Shown: positions 1-13,977, counted from the stretch's first letter. The stretch is 64,000 bases of DNA from Moniliella sp. 'wahieum' (GCA_003971905.1 RSEE01000028.1:248001-312000), one strand, 5' to 3'. Numbers and translations are program-made. Notes: a model not told the origin generated them from the sequence alone.

Positions 1-191
1 CAGTACATGCTTATGACTATCTGCCATCACTATCATTCGCCACTGCCTTTATTCAAGTAATCTTCCTTGCCTCCACTATTGCCTATACCAACATGCTATA
101 TAGCTACACGTCTGTCTGCTTATTATTAACTGTTCTGTTACCCGATCATACTCTTTCTGACGCCACACTCCCATTTTTGTCGATATAGCTA

Positions 192-560
192 TGTCACACT
201 CACGTCATGCTAGGGATCCCCTGACCCCACTAGGCCCGTAGGGGCACTTTGGCGCATGATTCTCATCAGTTGGAAGTTCTTGTGTCCACCTCTCGACTGT
301 GCCCCCTTCCTTCTGAGATACATGTACCTCCAGTCCGTCCATAGATGTATCCCCTCCATCTCCTCCGTTTCCTCTGTCTCACTGTTGGGGCGATACCCCA
401 ATCACGCCATCCTGCGTGATAGTCATCACCCCTCTTATCCGCCCGGAAGCTTCCTCAGCTCCGCGGTACCCTCGTCTATATAAGGCCCTACCCTTCTCAT
501 AGCCTCCTGTACCTCTCCTCAGAACCACATCCTCCATTCCACTCCTCCTTCAGCATCACG
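192..560 (+). mobile_element. Possible degenerate solo-LTR-like fragment
   Basis: Starts TGTCACA, has a TATATAAGG box (~477-485) followed by a pyrimidine-rich tract ending CATCACG, in TpA-rich non-coding DNA. No TSD found. Confidence 0.25.
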
Positions 561-1459
561 TTCCATGAAAACCGAAGGGCAAGGATGGCGCTCTCTCTTT
601 TGTCTCGATCTTCTCCGACTGCTACATCGTGTCCCTTTATCGGCGAAGTTCATATCTCAATCTCACAGCTTACGCTGGTTTAATCAAGAGACCCGTGCCA
701 GGTGATACGGCAAGAGCGCTGCATTTGGGCATATCCGCCCGCATCAACTGCGTCAACGTCAACGTTCAACCCATATACCGTCCTCTCGGAGAGATATCAA
801 ACGTATATAGTTTCGGAGATCGCATACACGCTATTATTATAAGGGTGACTGCGCGGCATGCGATGGATGCACCATTGCTATCACCTGGTGTTACGGTGTG
901 AGGTCGAAGTTTTTCCTGGCTGTACATCTGTTATGCCGCAGCTCTTGGTGACATCAATCATCTCTTCGATTTTGTTACCGACTATTAGTGCCACCCGAAA
1001 GTGTTTTTGGCAATCATGAAGGGGTCTCTCTTGGGTATGACCGAGAGAGTTGTATTTTTTCGGAGACTAAAGGTGCCCCTTCCTTCTGCCTTTTTACAGG
1101 GGTTTGCTTCCTCATGGCTGCACGCGCAAGCTAGTCTGTGAGTATCAACTGTGCTTTCGACTTTTCACAGAGAGCGATGAACTCTTCATCGTTGTTGAGA
1201 CTACGTTCAACGCGTTCACCGCGTCGTCACGCAAAAACGTTCCGCAGCGCGTGGCGTGTCAAACGCGCAATATGAAAGTTTCCAGTTCTGGCCCAAAGCA
1301 AACAGCGGAAATGCCACTGCTTAATTCCGCGCTTCGCCACCATCGTTGGGCACTTCAAACTGCCTCGTGCCTGCGTAGATGAGATCGGCCACACCTCCAC
1401 CCCGCACCATCCCGCCACCCCTTCCATCCTTCTGTCTCCTGCTATCCCCTGCGTAGACG

Positions 1460-2570
1460 ATGGACGCGACGCAGGCTGCGGGTCTGGTACCCCTTGCTGG
1501 GACACAGTTGGGGGCACCCGAACCCCCACATCACCATTCGGCACATTGACGCGGAGCGGGTGGATTTTATCCTCGAGGACTGCGATATGTCCTTCGCCAA
1601 CTCGCTTCGCCGTGTTATGATTGCTGATGTGCCCACTGTCGCCATTGACACGGTGGAGATCAGCGAGAATACACTTCGGTGATCCCAGACAGTTTCTTGC
1701 GCATCGCATGGGCCTCATTCCGCTCATCTCGACTGACACGGATCGGGTGCTGGTGGATGCCCGCGATTGCATTTGCGAAGAAGGATGCGAACGGTGCACT
1801 GTCGAACTGACGCTTCACGTTCGGTGTTCCCGTTCCCAACGGGCTACCCTCGACGTGACCACGGCGGACTTGATTCGATCGGCACCGCTGGGCGAGCCGT
1901 ACCCGGGCGATCCGATGATGAACAGCGAAGGTCCCTTCCCAGCCAACCCCAACAAGCATCCCGACTTTGGCAAGCCTACCTCGCAAGTCGGCACGGCGCA
2001 GCCCGCCATCCTGATTGCCAGGCTGGCTCCTGGGCAGGAGCTCAAACTGCGCTGCTTGGCCCGCAAGGGATTTGCCAAGGAACATGCCAAGTGGTCTCCC
2101 GTCTCGGCGGTAGGGTTTGAGTACGATCCATGGAACAAGCTCCGCCACACTTCGTACTGGTTCGAAACGTCGGCCGAGGAAGAATGGCCCTTGTCCCGCA
2201 ATGCACCATTTGAGGAACGACCGGATCCGGATCAGCCCTTGACTACAATGCTGTGGCCAACCGGTTTTACTTTGATGTGGAAACGGTCGGCAGCATGTCG
2301 CCCCAAGAAGTCGTTGAGACCGTACGTTTTCTCCCCGCCCTTTCTTCCAGTGTTGACCACCGACTGACGCGTTCCCTTTTTGGCCTCTGTCTCCTTCTGT
2401 AGGCACTGAACATTCTCGAGTCTCGTACTACCCAGGTGATTCAAGGGCTGGGTGTCCAAGGGCCCGACATGGCCATGGACACGGCCATGGGCATGAACGG
2501 GAATGGCCTCAACACACCCTATGCGCCCATGGCCGAGGCGAACGGATACGCCAATGGTGCCATGGCCTGA
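1460..2570 (+). CDS. RPB3: RNA polymerase II subunit RPB3 (apparent frameshifts; intron ~2322-2402)
   Basis: Motifs SFANSLRRVMIADVPTVAID, FLAHRMGLIPLIS, CICEEGCERC and GQELKLRCLARKGFAKEHAKWSPV, spread over frames. Confidence 0.95.
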
Positions 2571-3470
2571 TGTCGGGGTGGATGGCGGGGGGGAATGCAC
2601 ATTCGCCCAGTTGGGTGATCACAGTTGTCTTGACCATCTCGCCTCAAAAATGTACTTGTTGCGCGAAAGAAGGGCTGGGGCCGATTGCTATACGTATACT
2701 ACTGCAGACAACCAATGTTTTCTAGAAGGTATGGATTTCAGGAGCGGATGTCCGACAAGCGTAATGACACGCAACCCATGACGTGTGCAAGCACACGCGG
2801 GCTAGGTGCAAAGTGATGCTTGGCGAGCATGTTCTGGGCCACGCATGAAACTCGTACGCCAGTAGAGAGGCTGGCGACGAGCGATTAATGGGCCCATTAC
2901 CTGTCCTCGGCACAGAAGAGAAAGAGAAGCAACGACAAGGAGAAGGTTAGTGTGTGCATTCGACATGCATTGCGATGCACTGGCTTGGGCTTGGGGGAGT
3001 GGGCGGGGGGCCTGGATGGCGGAGGCGAGCGTGGTGGTCGGACAAAGAAACAGAACCGCCTTGTTCAAGCTGAAATAAGAAGAACAAAACTGGGCAGCCT
3101 CCACCGCGGAACGAGGCGCGGAACTGCATCACGTGCTGCTGCGTAAGATGCACGTGTACGCTAGGGTTAGATGGCGCGTTGATGCAACTTTCAAGCTTTA
3201 CGGGCCAAAGACACTGATGATGTCATGCATACACTGCCCCTGCAGCACTGTGAGCCTGAATAGTGACTGCCCTTCTGCTCGCTCACTTTGTCCAGATACA
3301 GTACCAATGTGACATGTCACTCGCAGGCCTTACCTTGTGTCCGTGCATGCCGGGGCTGGATTTGTCAGGCCTGTGCAGAGCTGGATGGACCCATGCATTC
3401 GGTAACCGGCAATCGAACATGCATCATGCATCATTCATCCTTAATCCTTAATCAGCGGACATCAGCCGCC

Positions 3471-5100
3471 ATGGCCTGGCCCCCCTTCCCACCGTTTCCT
3501 GAGCCCGACCACCAGCAGGCTCAATCCACTCGCCTCCCTCCCCACCTCGTTTCTGCATCTTCCCACTGCTCCTCGTCTCTCCTCAAGCGACTTACCCCAA
3601 CGAAGAATGCCTCTCAAGTACGAAGAAGTTGCCAAGCATACCTCGCGCGACTCGTGCTGGGTTATCGTCCATGGCAAGGCATATGATTTGACCGACTTTC
3701 TCCCCGAGCACCCGGGGGAAGCAAGATTCTACTAAAGTATGCAGGTCACGATGCCACCAAGGCGTTTGACCCCATCCACCCTCCCGGCACCTCGAGGAAA
3801 ACCTACCAGCGGACAAGTGTCTCGGGCCGGTCGACCCGGCGACGCTTCAAGGTGGGGTGGCGTTGATCGACAGTGAGAAGGCGGGGGCCGAGGCAGGAAA
3901 AAAGCCGAGCCCGACTCGCCTGACAAGGTACCCCTGCTGGGCAAGGTGCTCAATCTGTTTGATTTCGAGGTGATTGGCCAGCGTGTGCTGGATCCCGCTG
4001 CCTGGGCCTACTATTCCTCGGGCGCTGACGACGAGGTGACGCTGCGTGAGAACTCGGCGGTGTTTGGTCGGGTTTGGTTCCGGCCACGCATCCTCGCGAC
4101 GTGTCCCACGTTGACTTTTCCACTTCCATCCTCGGTCATCGCACCTCGCTTCCTGTTTATGTTACGGCCACTGCACTGGGTCGGCTGGGCCACCCCGACG
4201 GGGAGAAGAACCTGACGTGGGCGTGTGGCAAGGAGAATGTGATCCAAATGATTCCCACCTTGGCCAGCTGCAGCATGGACGAGTTGGTGGAGGCGCGCAC
4301 CCACGAGGACCAAGTCCAATTCTTCCAGCTCTATGTGAATGCGAACCGCAAGTAACAGAACGGCTTGTACGCAAGGCGGAAGAACGGGGAATCAAAGCAC
4401 TGTTTATCACGGTGGATGCGCCGCAACTGGGGCGACGGGAAAAGGATATGCGACTGAAATTTGACGATGTGGGTTCGCAAGTGCAGAATGACGAGAAGGA
4501 GGATGTGGACCGGTCGCAAGGCGCAGCCCGTGCCATTTCCTCCTTCATTGACCCTTCGCTCAGTTGGGATGACTTGCACTGGTTCAAATCCATCACCCGT
4601 CTGCCGCTCATCCTCAAAGGCGTTCAGTGCTGGGAAGATGCCGTGATGGCGGCCGAGGCTGGTTGTGCTGGCATTGTTATCTCCAACCACGGAGGCCGAC
4701 AGCTTGACTTTGCCCGCTCGTCAATCGAAGTGTTGGCAGAGGTGGTGCCAAATTAAAGGAGCGCAACTTGTTCCCCTCCCCTTGCTTCCAGATCTTTGTC
4801 GATGGCGGCTTCCGCCGTGCAACGGACGTGCTCAAGGCCATTGCGCTGGGCGCAACAGCAGTGGGGATTGGGCGGCCGTTTCTGTATGCGTATTCGGCGT
4901 ACGGTGCGGATGGGGTGGCTCACGCCTTGGGTTTGCTCAAGGCGGAAATGGAGATGAACATGCGCCTCCTCGGGGCGCGTACCTTGCGGGGTGACGCCCG
5001 ACATGATCGACACACGCTCCCTTTACTCGCACATCAATCCCCCCCGTACTCGATGGGCTCCCAAATCTGGCACACCTAGCCTGGCAGTGTCCAACTCTTC
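3471..5100 (+). CDS. CYB2: Flavocytochrome b2 / L-lactate dehydrogenase (cytochrome b5 domain + FMN alpha-hydroxyacid dehydrogenase); 3' end approximate
   Basis: b5 domain ([19 protein letters not shown]), [53 protein letters not shown]. Confidence 0.92.
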
Positions 5101-6461
5101 CAAACTGTAAAGCACCCAGCCCGCCAACCATGTCAATCGGCCATCACTGTGGATACACAGCTTGCTCGAGCAAGCGTCTCGCTTTGCCATGCTTGAATTT
5201 CTACATCACCACGCGAGCGTTGGGTGGGGTCGGGGAAGGAGAGGGGATCACCGTCTTTCCCCCCCCAACAGCTCCCATTTTTGGGGGCTTCATACCATCA
5301 TTTCCCCAACTCCATAGCTGGAATAGAAGGGAAAGCCTCGTCGAGACGGGCAATGGATCGGACATGAGCTAGAATCTGGTCTGGTGATGCTGCGGACTTC
5401 TTAATATTCCTGAGGCGCTTAGTCGCTCAAGGAGGGGTTACTGAGATGTGCTTACTAGTCCGAGGAAACCATGGCAGTGGTAGCTTGCAGCTGCGCTTCG
5501 ATATCCTGGTCCAAAATCCTTTGGCAGGCCGAGTGGTGGCCGGCGGTCACGTGATGCATGCGAGCATCAGATGTGATATCGCACGCACACGTCCTTACTC
5601 AATCACATCAATTGCGATTGCGACCTTGCGCCAGCTCGGCAGGCGGCATCGCGCATCCCAATCCCTCGTCCTTCGTCCCCGGTCCGGTCACGAGCTCACC
5701 GGTCCCGGGCTGCTTGAAGAGTGACTAGTGAGTGCGTATTGGCCTGAGGCACTGGGACGCAGTACGCACCGCCGCGGACTTGGTGGCTAACCACTGAGCC
5801 CTGCTGTGGCCTTGCTGCGCCTCGCCAGGCTTGCCTCAGCGCTCAGCCAGAGCAGGACGCCACGCCGGACCTGCAGCACCTCGCACTGCGGCAGCTACGG
5901 CACAGCGGCAGCGCACTGCCCCTGTGCGTCGAGGTGGAACATTCGACTAGCGCTGGCCCATCGGCACGCATGTCGGCTGCCCCAGAGTGGGGCCATGCGA
6001 GGGCCGTCCGGGCGGCTGCGAGCAGATCGCACTAGTTCCTGGCGCCGCGCTGGCTCGGCTTCTTAGCTTCTTTGGACATCTGATCGATGATCGACCAGAT
6101 CACATCTCAGATCGGGCCAATGAGCCGGCGCTGTCCAGCACGGCGGCAGTGCTGCGTAGTGCGGCATAGTGCTGCCCCGTGCTACGCTAGCCTGCGCTCT
6201 GTTGTTTGCTGTGCCGTGCCACGAGTCAGGCAGACATCCGGCAGCAACCCGGGCTGCCACCGCCACCGCCCCTCCCCCGCCTCCCCCATCCCCACTTCTC
6301 CTTTGGCCAGCTCTGCGAGTAGCCTCTTTCCTACCTGCACTCCCATCCGCGTCCTGGCTGGCGTCCTGGACCTCCCATCCCGCCTCGCTCTCACCAAGCT
6401 CCGCTATCCGCCAAAGTCACCTCACCATCTTTTTTTCACACGCAACACCCGTTTGGTAACA

Positions 6462-7680
6462 ATGAAGTTCGCTCTCTTCTCCTTCACTACCCTCCTCGCC
6501 GTTGCCCAGTCCGTCCAGGCCCTCCATCTCGGCCTGGCATGGGCTGCCGACCCAATGGGCCCATGAGATGGTTGGAACCCCGCGGTCAACAGTTACCATC
6601 ACTGGGAGGTGCGTTCTTCCATTTCGTCTTCTCTGCGACTTGTCGCTGAACCAGCCTGAATTTTTGTGATGATGGGCCACATTCCCCAGCTTTCCCACGC
6701 GGGTCTCCAGTTCGTGCCCACGCGCTGGGGTACAAGAAGAACAAAGACTGGCCTCGTCTGCGTAGCCTGTTCCCCAAGTACCGCTACCCTTCCTTCTTGC
6801 TTATAATGAGCCCGATGTGTCGTCTCAGTCCGACTACTCGCCTCAGGACGCTGCCGCGGCGTTCCAGCGTGAGCTTGCTCCCCTGCGTCAGTACGGCACC
6901 CGTATCTCCTCGCCCCAGATCTGCTGGAACGCGGACTGGCTCGAGCAATTCACCCAGTCCCTCGCCAATAAGGGCGGTACTACGATTTTGTCGCTGCTCA
7001 TTGTACGTTCCCCTTTCCCTTGTCGTGCTTCCTGACCGACGGAGACAACGGATTGACATTTCTGTTCTTCCAAGACTACGGCAGCTGGAAGTCGATCGAC
7101 CAGCTAAAGAGCTATGTTCAGGGCTTGCACCAACGTTTCGGCAAGGACCTTTGGATCACCGAGTATGGAGTCACTGCTTCGTCCAACCCGTCCACTGCGC
7201 AGGCCAAGCAGTTCATGATTGATGCTACCGAGTTCTTTGCTTCGACGGGCTATGTCAAGCGTGCCTTCCCTTCGGCATGTGGGCCACCCCTCCCGACACG
7301 CTTTGGTTCGGCGCAGAACGCGGCGTTTTTTCCAGTCCGGCAGCCTGCGCTCGCTCGGCAAATACTACCGTGCGTACTCGGCCTCGAAGCGCTCGCTCTC
7401 CGGGCATCTCCTCATTCGCGCGTGATGCGCCGCCAGCGCAACCTTCTTGCCCGTCTTGCCCAGCCCGACCCTGCGGATGGGAGAACTGGGACAATGTGAC
7501 GGAGACGTCCACTGCGACGAACAGTGCCAAGGCCGTGCTCATGGCTTGCCAAGATCAAAGATGCCCCACCCTTCAACGCCTCGGCTCGTGGCCCGGCCCT
7601 TGACCATGACTACACCCACCGTGCCTATTGAGGACTTTGTTGCAGAGCCCATCGCGGCGGACGACGACAATGACTTGTAA
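6462..7680 (+). CDS. Secreted GH128-type beta-1,3-glucanase (introns ~6609-6655 and ~7003-7074)
   Basis: Signal peptide MKFALFSFTTLLAVAQSVQA, with catalytic-type motifs FLLAYNEPD and LWITEYG. Confidence 0.8.
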
Positions 7681-9678
7681 TGTTGTTCGTCTTTGTGTGT
7701 CGGAACACTTGCCCGATCCTGCTTAATTTTGCGCTTGCTCCTCGTTTTTTTTTGCTTGCACCTTCACGGCTTCCCACTTCCACCCCTTCGCTACCTGATC
7801 TTCACTGCTTGCACATTCTTCTGCCAGTCACGGTCTCTCCTTGCGTTACGGGCCTTGCCATGGGCCATACCTCCTGTCTCCCTTCTCTATCCGCGTCTTT
7901 CTTTTGTTGTTCCTTTGTGTCGGTTCTCGCCCTGTGATTTGGCCCCAACTGTGTTGGTTTGGCCAGGCGCAACAGTGGTTCCGTCTTGGCGTGCTTTCAT
8001 GTCGCCAGTGTTAGTACTGCTCCAATGACACTTTCTTTCTTTCTTTTACCTGCTGTTGTTTTGTTTATACCTTTTTGGCAACCTTGTGCATAGACACTTT
8101 GTCTGCGCTTCCTCCCCCCTTCCAATCGTTCGAAGATCTGGATTCGAATGGCCCCTGCATTCGCTATGTCGTTACATTCACCTTTGCCCCTAGAGGCAGA
8201 CACCGTGCGGCTCTGGCGCGCGTGGTCCACCATGGTTACTTGCTTAACCTGGCTTGTTGATTCATAAATCAAGTGGCGGATTCCAAGTTGGAAAGATGGA
8301 TCTTCCGTCATGGACCTTATGCAGCCCCTCCATACGCAGCTGCGGCCCTTTTGGAAAGGCTATACACCTTGCGAACACTTTCTCTCTCCACCGCGGTGGG
8401 CTTGAGGTCTGAATTCCTGCCACCAGCACCGCATCCCAAAACCACAGTCCCAGTCCCTTTAATCTGCCCCGGTTCCCACCGCCTCACCTTGCTGCTGCCT
8501 CTCCCGAACACTATTGGGACCCGCGGTCCCGTACATAGGCCAAGGCGCCTTTTCACCCGTTGCCCCTTATTTGACCTCCGAAGCCTCCACGTGTATACTC
8601 AGGCTTGTTTGAACCCTTGTTTCCTCTAGATGGGGCGAGGCTTAGACCTAACCACCACCACCGCGATTGCATTGCTCTACATTTCCAGAGGTTCATCACC
8701 CAACCCTTTGGGTTCCTCCTCGTCTTACAACAACATGTGAGGGGTTTTGCTGTGATCACAATCGTGATCGCGCTCACAACCGTAGTTTTTTTTGCCCATA
8801 CGTGCTAACGGCGCCCGGTGGGGGGAGGATGCTCTTCTTTTGTGCACGACGGGTGTGTTGGAGGGAGTGGCAGTTGTGACAAATGTATAAGGGTGGGGGA
8901 ATGTGTGTGGGCATGTGTGTGGGCGAAGAATTTGAGAACAAGGCAAGTCCACCGAGAGAACGCGCAGAATATTGGAGCTGCGGCTGCCAATGCGTCCGCA
9001 TGCAAAGCAGAGACTGCCCTGTGGTGGGCTATCCACCTGGGCGTGGAGGATGGAGAGCTGATCCGATGAGTTGGGCCCCGTCCGCGAGACAGGGAATGAG
9101 TATAGAGAACAACAGGAGGGTCGGGCGGACCTTTTCAACTGGCGTCGCGGCAAGTGGGCTGGAGTGGGACGGGGGCAGTACATGTGGAGGGGGGGGCGTG
9201 TTGGTTCCTAGTTACTATAGTTACTAGGTTTCCCAGCACATTGCACACGCAGACGTATCTACGCGTTTACCCCGCCTACCACTCTCGTGGGTGGCGCCAA
9301 GCCCGCGGATGCCAAGCCGAAGTTGAAACATTGGGCGTGCCGGGCGGCTGCGTTCCGATTGTTGCTCATCGATCATCGCCCGTCGGGTGGCGCAGGGCCA
9401 CCGTGTTCAGGCACGTGACTGCTGAGCTGGGCCTGTCTGCTGGCACCGATGACACTCACGTCGTAGCCGTGGCTGCCGGTTGGCCGGAGGCCCAACTACT
9501 ACCTACCGCGTCGCCCCCATCCCCCCGCCACGACCGCCCGCATTCTCCGTCGACGCTCAACCTTCCCGGGTGCGTGTTGGGCTCAGCGCGCAGCCCGCGT
9601 TCCACGTCCACGCTTCCGCCCACCACCACCACCACCCGCCCCGCACTGCATCCATCGCTGCCACCTGGCACTGACGAA

Positions 9679-11837
9679 ATGCGGCGCAGACGCGACTCGA
9701 ACGCCAGCTTTGCCTCGGCCGCTTCTGCACGCACAGTGTACTCGAGCTTCTCTCTCGCCGCCTCGGTCTTTGCCGCCTCCCACCCGCTCCCTTCCCTCCC
9801 ACCCAGCGTCCAGCTCGACTCCACCCCCGCCCATGCGGTCGCCTCCTCTCCCGCGCCCCCTCGCGTCCGCACCCGCACTACCTCCAGCGCTGCCCCCGCC
9901 CTCATTCGTGCGCTGCATGATTGCTACGTCGCTGGCCGCTACCGCGAACTGAGCGGCACCATGGGCCTTGGCTCTGGCACTGGCTGCTTCCGCATCCGCT
10001 GCTGCTGCTGCTACGGCAATCGCTACTTCCCCTACTGCTGGTGGTGTGCCTCCAACTCCCCGCCGTCGCACCGCCTCGTCCGTCTCACTAGCCTCCTCCA
10101 CAATCGACCTCGAACTACGAATGAAGACGGTAACCGACCCTCGTCGCCTCGAGTGGGAAATTCAGCTTGCTCCACCAGCACTCCTCTTGCGCGCATCTTG
10201 CCCCTGCTCGACCGTGCTGCCGAGCTGGGCTCGTTGACCAGTATGGCCCGCCTCGCTTTGCTCTACGCATATGGGGTCCAGCGCCACCACCCTCCTCCTG
10301 TGGTCGTTGTTCTTGCCCGAGAACCTCGTAGGGCTGTGCACTGGGCCATTCGTGGTCTCCATGCTGCCATGGATCAGAACGATGTGGCCACTGTTGTATC
10401 TTTGGTTGCCTTGCTGTCACGGTGTGTGCGAGCGTCGGCCTTGGCTTGGCCCGCGCTCGACACGTTCCGTCCGCAAAAGTCCACGCTTGCCTCTTCCCCT
10501 GCCTCCTCCATTTTGCCCACTTCCACCCCAGTGCGCGCGCCAAAGAAGAAGAACTGTTGTCTGCCTCAGCTCTGTGGGAATGGATTGCCTCGCTCACTGA
10601 CACAGTTGAGCCTTTTCTCTCCACCCACACTTCCGCTCTCCCGGCCTTCGACGACCACCGACGATGTCGACGACGAAGAGGAGCCTACTCCGGTGGATGC
10701 CACGGCTAGCATGGCACAAGTTCACTTCCTTTCTGCTCTGGTGAAGCTACGCGACTGGCTGGCTGATTTGGCTCAAACCCCCGAGGACGCCGTGCTGGAT
10801 GCTGACCAGAGCCGTGACCTACTGGACTGGCTCAGTGCCCCCCCGGCGCCACGATCTCAGGAGGAGGAGCCGAGCAAGGGTCCAAACAAAGAGGTGCACG
10901 CTGCAGTACAGGCCGTGATCGAGGCTGGGCGAGCGCTCAAGGGGCCGGGGGCTGGTGATACCAGCGGAATTTCAGATGGCTCGATCCCGGTGGGCGTGCC
11001 CGAAGGGCTGTACACGGCGGTACAACATCTGAGCAAGGCCCTGTCCCTTTCCTTGGAGGAGGAGGTACCTATCAGGGTGCCCATTCCCAAACCCCCGTCT
11101 CCTCCCAAGCATCGCAAGGCCGCATCCCTCGCGCCTCCCGTCAGCCCGCCCACAGCACTTCCGCGCCGGCCCTCCAAGAGTGGTACCACCGCGACCAGTA
11201 CCCCCCTCTCCCCCCGGGCATGACGGCCTTCCCTTCCGCCCGGCCCACGTCGCTCTTCCTCCCATCGGCAAGCACCTCTCTTCGCTCTCATTTGACCCCC
11301 CGTGCTCGCACTCCCTCTGCCCACGCGGCGCTCAGTGCGTTTGCGCCATCTACTCGCGTCCCATCCATGCCACCGGGACAAGAAAACTTGGCGTCTCCTT
11401 TCCCGCGCGTGCGCACCGTCTCTAAGGCTTCGACCGCAGCCCCGGCTCCCACTCGGCTCCGGACGCCAAGCACAGCTAGCTCCACCGCCCGTTCGTCCCG
11501 AGGCGCATTAAGTTTGCTGGTCCAAGCAGGATCGGGTCGACAGAGCCTGCGTGCCACCAGCTCCATCTCAGTTTCTACCTCAATGGAAGAACCTACCCTG
11601 CCACCCACTTTGGAGCGTACCAGCTTACCCAAGCCCAGGAACGAACCGACCCAGGCAGAGAAGCCATCATCACAGGGTCTGCACCAGTCGCTCGCCGACC
11701 CCGAAGAGGCGAGCATGCTGCGTACCGACCAGACCTGCGTCACATGTGGACGGAGCGTGCGCAATGGGCCGTTGGATCGACAAGGCCGCGTGTTTTGCGG
11801 GCGCGAGTGCCGCTTGGCGGCCAAGAAGGTGGTATGA
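9679..11837 (+). CDS. Hypothetical protein with a Sel1-like helix pair and a C-terminal CxxC...FCxxxC zinc finger
   Basis: Long Ser/Pro-rich ORFs joined by frameshifts. LLDRAAELGSLTSMARLALLYAYG is Sel1-like; CVTCGR...VFCGRECR lies at the C-terminus. Confidence 0.65.
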
Positions 11838-12121
11838 TTGATTATCCTCCCACCGTGGTTCTTCCCTGGTTGATGGACAGCGGTCCTGTTGACCGAGTCC
11901 AGCCTGGAAGAGCATCAGGGGGCGGGAGGTGGAAGAGAGAAGGAAAAGGGGCTTCTATCATCCCTTTTTCCCTCCCCCCGCTTTTTCTCTTTCTCTCTTT
12001 CTCTCTTGCCCACGTGCTACATGGACTGACAAAACTCAATTTTCAATGCTCATAATCCCACTGTATCAGGCACTTTCTCTGCAACGAGTCGTCTTTCCCT
12101 CCCCTCTAGATCACGTCCATT

Positions 12122-12890
12122 TCATTGACAGAGCTTAAGGCTGGGACAGGGGGAACGCTACGTCTAAACCTAACCGTTCATCTTGCGGGGGTTACTTGGA
12201 AGCGCTACCAAGCTTAAGGAACCAGCGGGATCGCCAGGATATCAGGACCCTCCGGTTCTCGCCATCCGGTCCCGTACCCTAGGAAGCGCGTGTGGACACG
12301 GAGGAACGTGGTTGATATCCGAGCGAGGAACCATTTCCACTGAGACTTCGAATAGCCAACTCCTTCCAATGCGCAAACAACTTGCCCGCTGTCTTGGTGC
12401 CGTAGTATCCTCGCGTCGTCAAAACTAGGGGGAAAAACGGCTCTTGAGTGCGTCCCTGGTACTCGCGCGTTCTTGTCGCATTCTGCTTGTTCAAGCAACC
12501 GAAGCAGCTCCTTCTCCCGGCGTTCCAAGGGGGTTGCGGTGCTCTCATGCACCACCCTCCGGAACGCGCTCTGAGCCTCCAGCGATCCCGTGTCGCGCAG
12601 CGTGTGGTCTATCTCCATTCCTGAGCCTCCGAGTGCTCCGGGCCCCATCACGCGGCAGTCGGTGCGCTGTGTCCTCTGTCTCCTGCCATCCCCTTCCTCC
12701 ACCATAGGTTCGTTGCGGACGTGGGTGTCGGGGATGGAGCGTAGGAGCTGGAGAATGGGCTCCCAAGCCATCCGGCGATACAGGCTTCCAAATTATACAC
12801 GCTGTTTTTGTCAGTGCAAAGGCAGAGCATAACCCTAGCGACCGGAAAATGCCCCTACGGTATATGAAACTTTCGTGTGGTAGGTAGCTT
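12122..12890 (-). mobile_element. 5'-truncated, degenerate non-LTR retrotransposon, CRE/Cnl1/MoTeR-like, restriction-like endonuclease C-terminus
   Basis: Minus-strand peptides LPTTRKF, CLC..NLEAC (knuckle remnant), VRNEP..RTDCRV..EIDHT, LEQAECDK, FFPLVLTTRG and ARISTTFLR. Its 3' 139 bp recur at 38323-38461. Confidence 0.7.
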
Positions 12891-12965
12891 GGGCTGCCGT
12901 TGTGTGTGCCCATCGTCTGGGACGATTGATTGGCTTTTCTTGTACCATCACCTTACTCCTCCGCC

Positions 12966-13801
12966 ATGGCAATCGATAGGGAATCTGTCTTGGCCCAAAT
13001 CGGCGACGCATGCCAAACATACACCGATTCCCCCCCTCCCTCTGACAAGGAAACGTTGCGGAGGGAAGCAGGGGCTCTCGCTCAGTTGCTTGGGGCCGTG
13101 CGACAAGCCAATCGCTCCGCCGCCGAATCGGCCGCGTCCGGTCGGGCGCAGGTAGCAGCGCGGCGGCAAGCGGCCGAGCATGCCCAGCTGCGCCTGGCAA
13201 GTCTACGTGCCGAGCGGGCGCAACTCAAGCAGGCCATCGCTGCCTGTCGCCGTTTCCGTGCGCTGTACCCTACCATCAGCTTGCACTCGGAGGAGGAGTT
13301 TGACCAGCTGCGGAGCAAGGACAGGAGGAAGCATGATGCCCCGGCCGACAAGCCCGCGTCCGAGAAGGAGGAGAAGGACACGGATATGGAAGAGGCAGAT
13401 GGGGGCGCTGCATCAGCGCAGACGCCGGCTCCGGCGTCGACGGACCCCGAAGAAGGGGCGGCGGTCGAATCAGAGTCGTCGCCGCCAGGCCCTGCACCGG
13501 GAGAAGAGACGGCGCACGATCGGATGCTGGCCCGGCTTCAGTTTGAGCTGGAGGAGCGGCGGCGGCTGGAGAGTGTGCGTCTGGGGCTGCAGGCGGAGCG
13601 GCTCAAAGCGGCAGCGACCACCCGGCAGCGCAAGGCGGAGCTGCTGCGGCTGGAGCAGGACATTCAGAGTGTGATGCGGGTGCGTGCGGATCCTGTGTTG
13701 GTGTGTGTGTGGCGGCGGACAGAGTGCTGACGCAGGCAGGATGCTTGGACGGACAGGCGGCGCGGCCGATTGCCCAGTCGCTGGACAAGTTCCTCGAGTA
13801 G
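12966..13801 (+). CDS. THOC5: THO complex subunit 5 (FMIP/THOC5 N-terminal family); intron ~13680-13738
   Basis: AQLRLASLRAERAQLKQAIAACRRF, ISLHSEEEF and HDRMLARLQFELEERRRL match the THOC5 pattern. Confidence 0.75.
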
Positions 13802-13977
13802 GCGCACGCCGCATCAATCGAGCCCATCATAACCACCGCAGACAATCTGTTTTCTTTTCTGAGTGCCATAGACCTGCCCTGTCCAGTGAAAGTTTCAGGC
13901 CAGCTGCTGTCGCCAACTCGGCACGCAGCGTGTTGATCTCGGCCGCAACCACAACCACCGTCACTACGCGCCCGGCC

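Noticed and set aside
12830..12838. Telomere-like TAACCCTAG (similar at 3161-3170 and 26925-26932)
   Set aside because: Single units only, not an array; at most a telobox-type motif.
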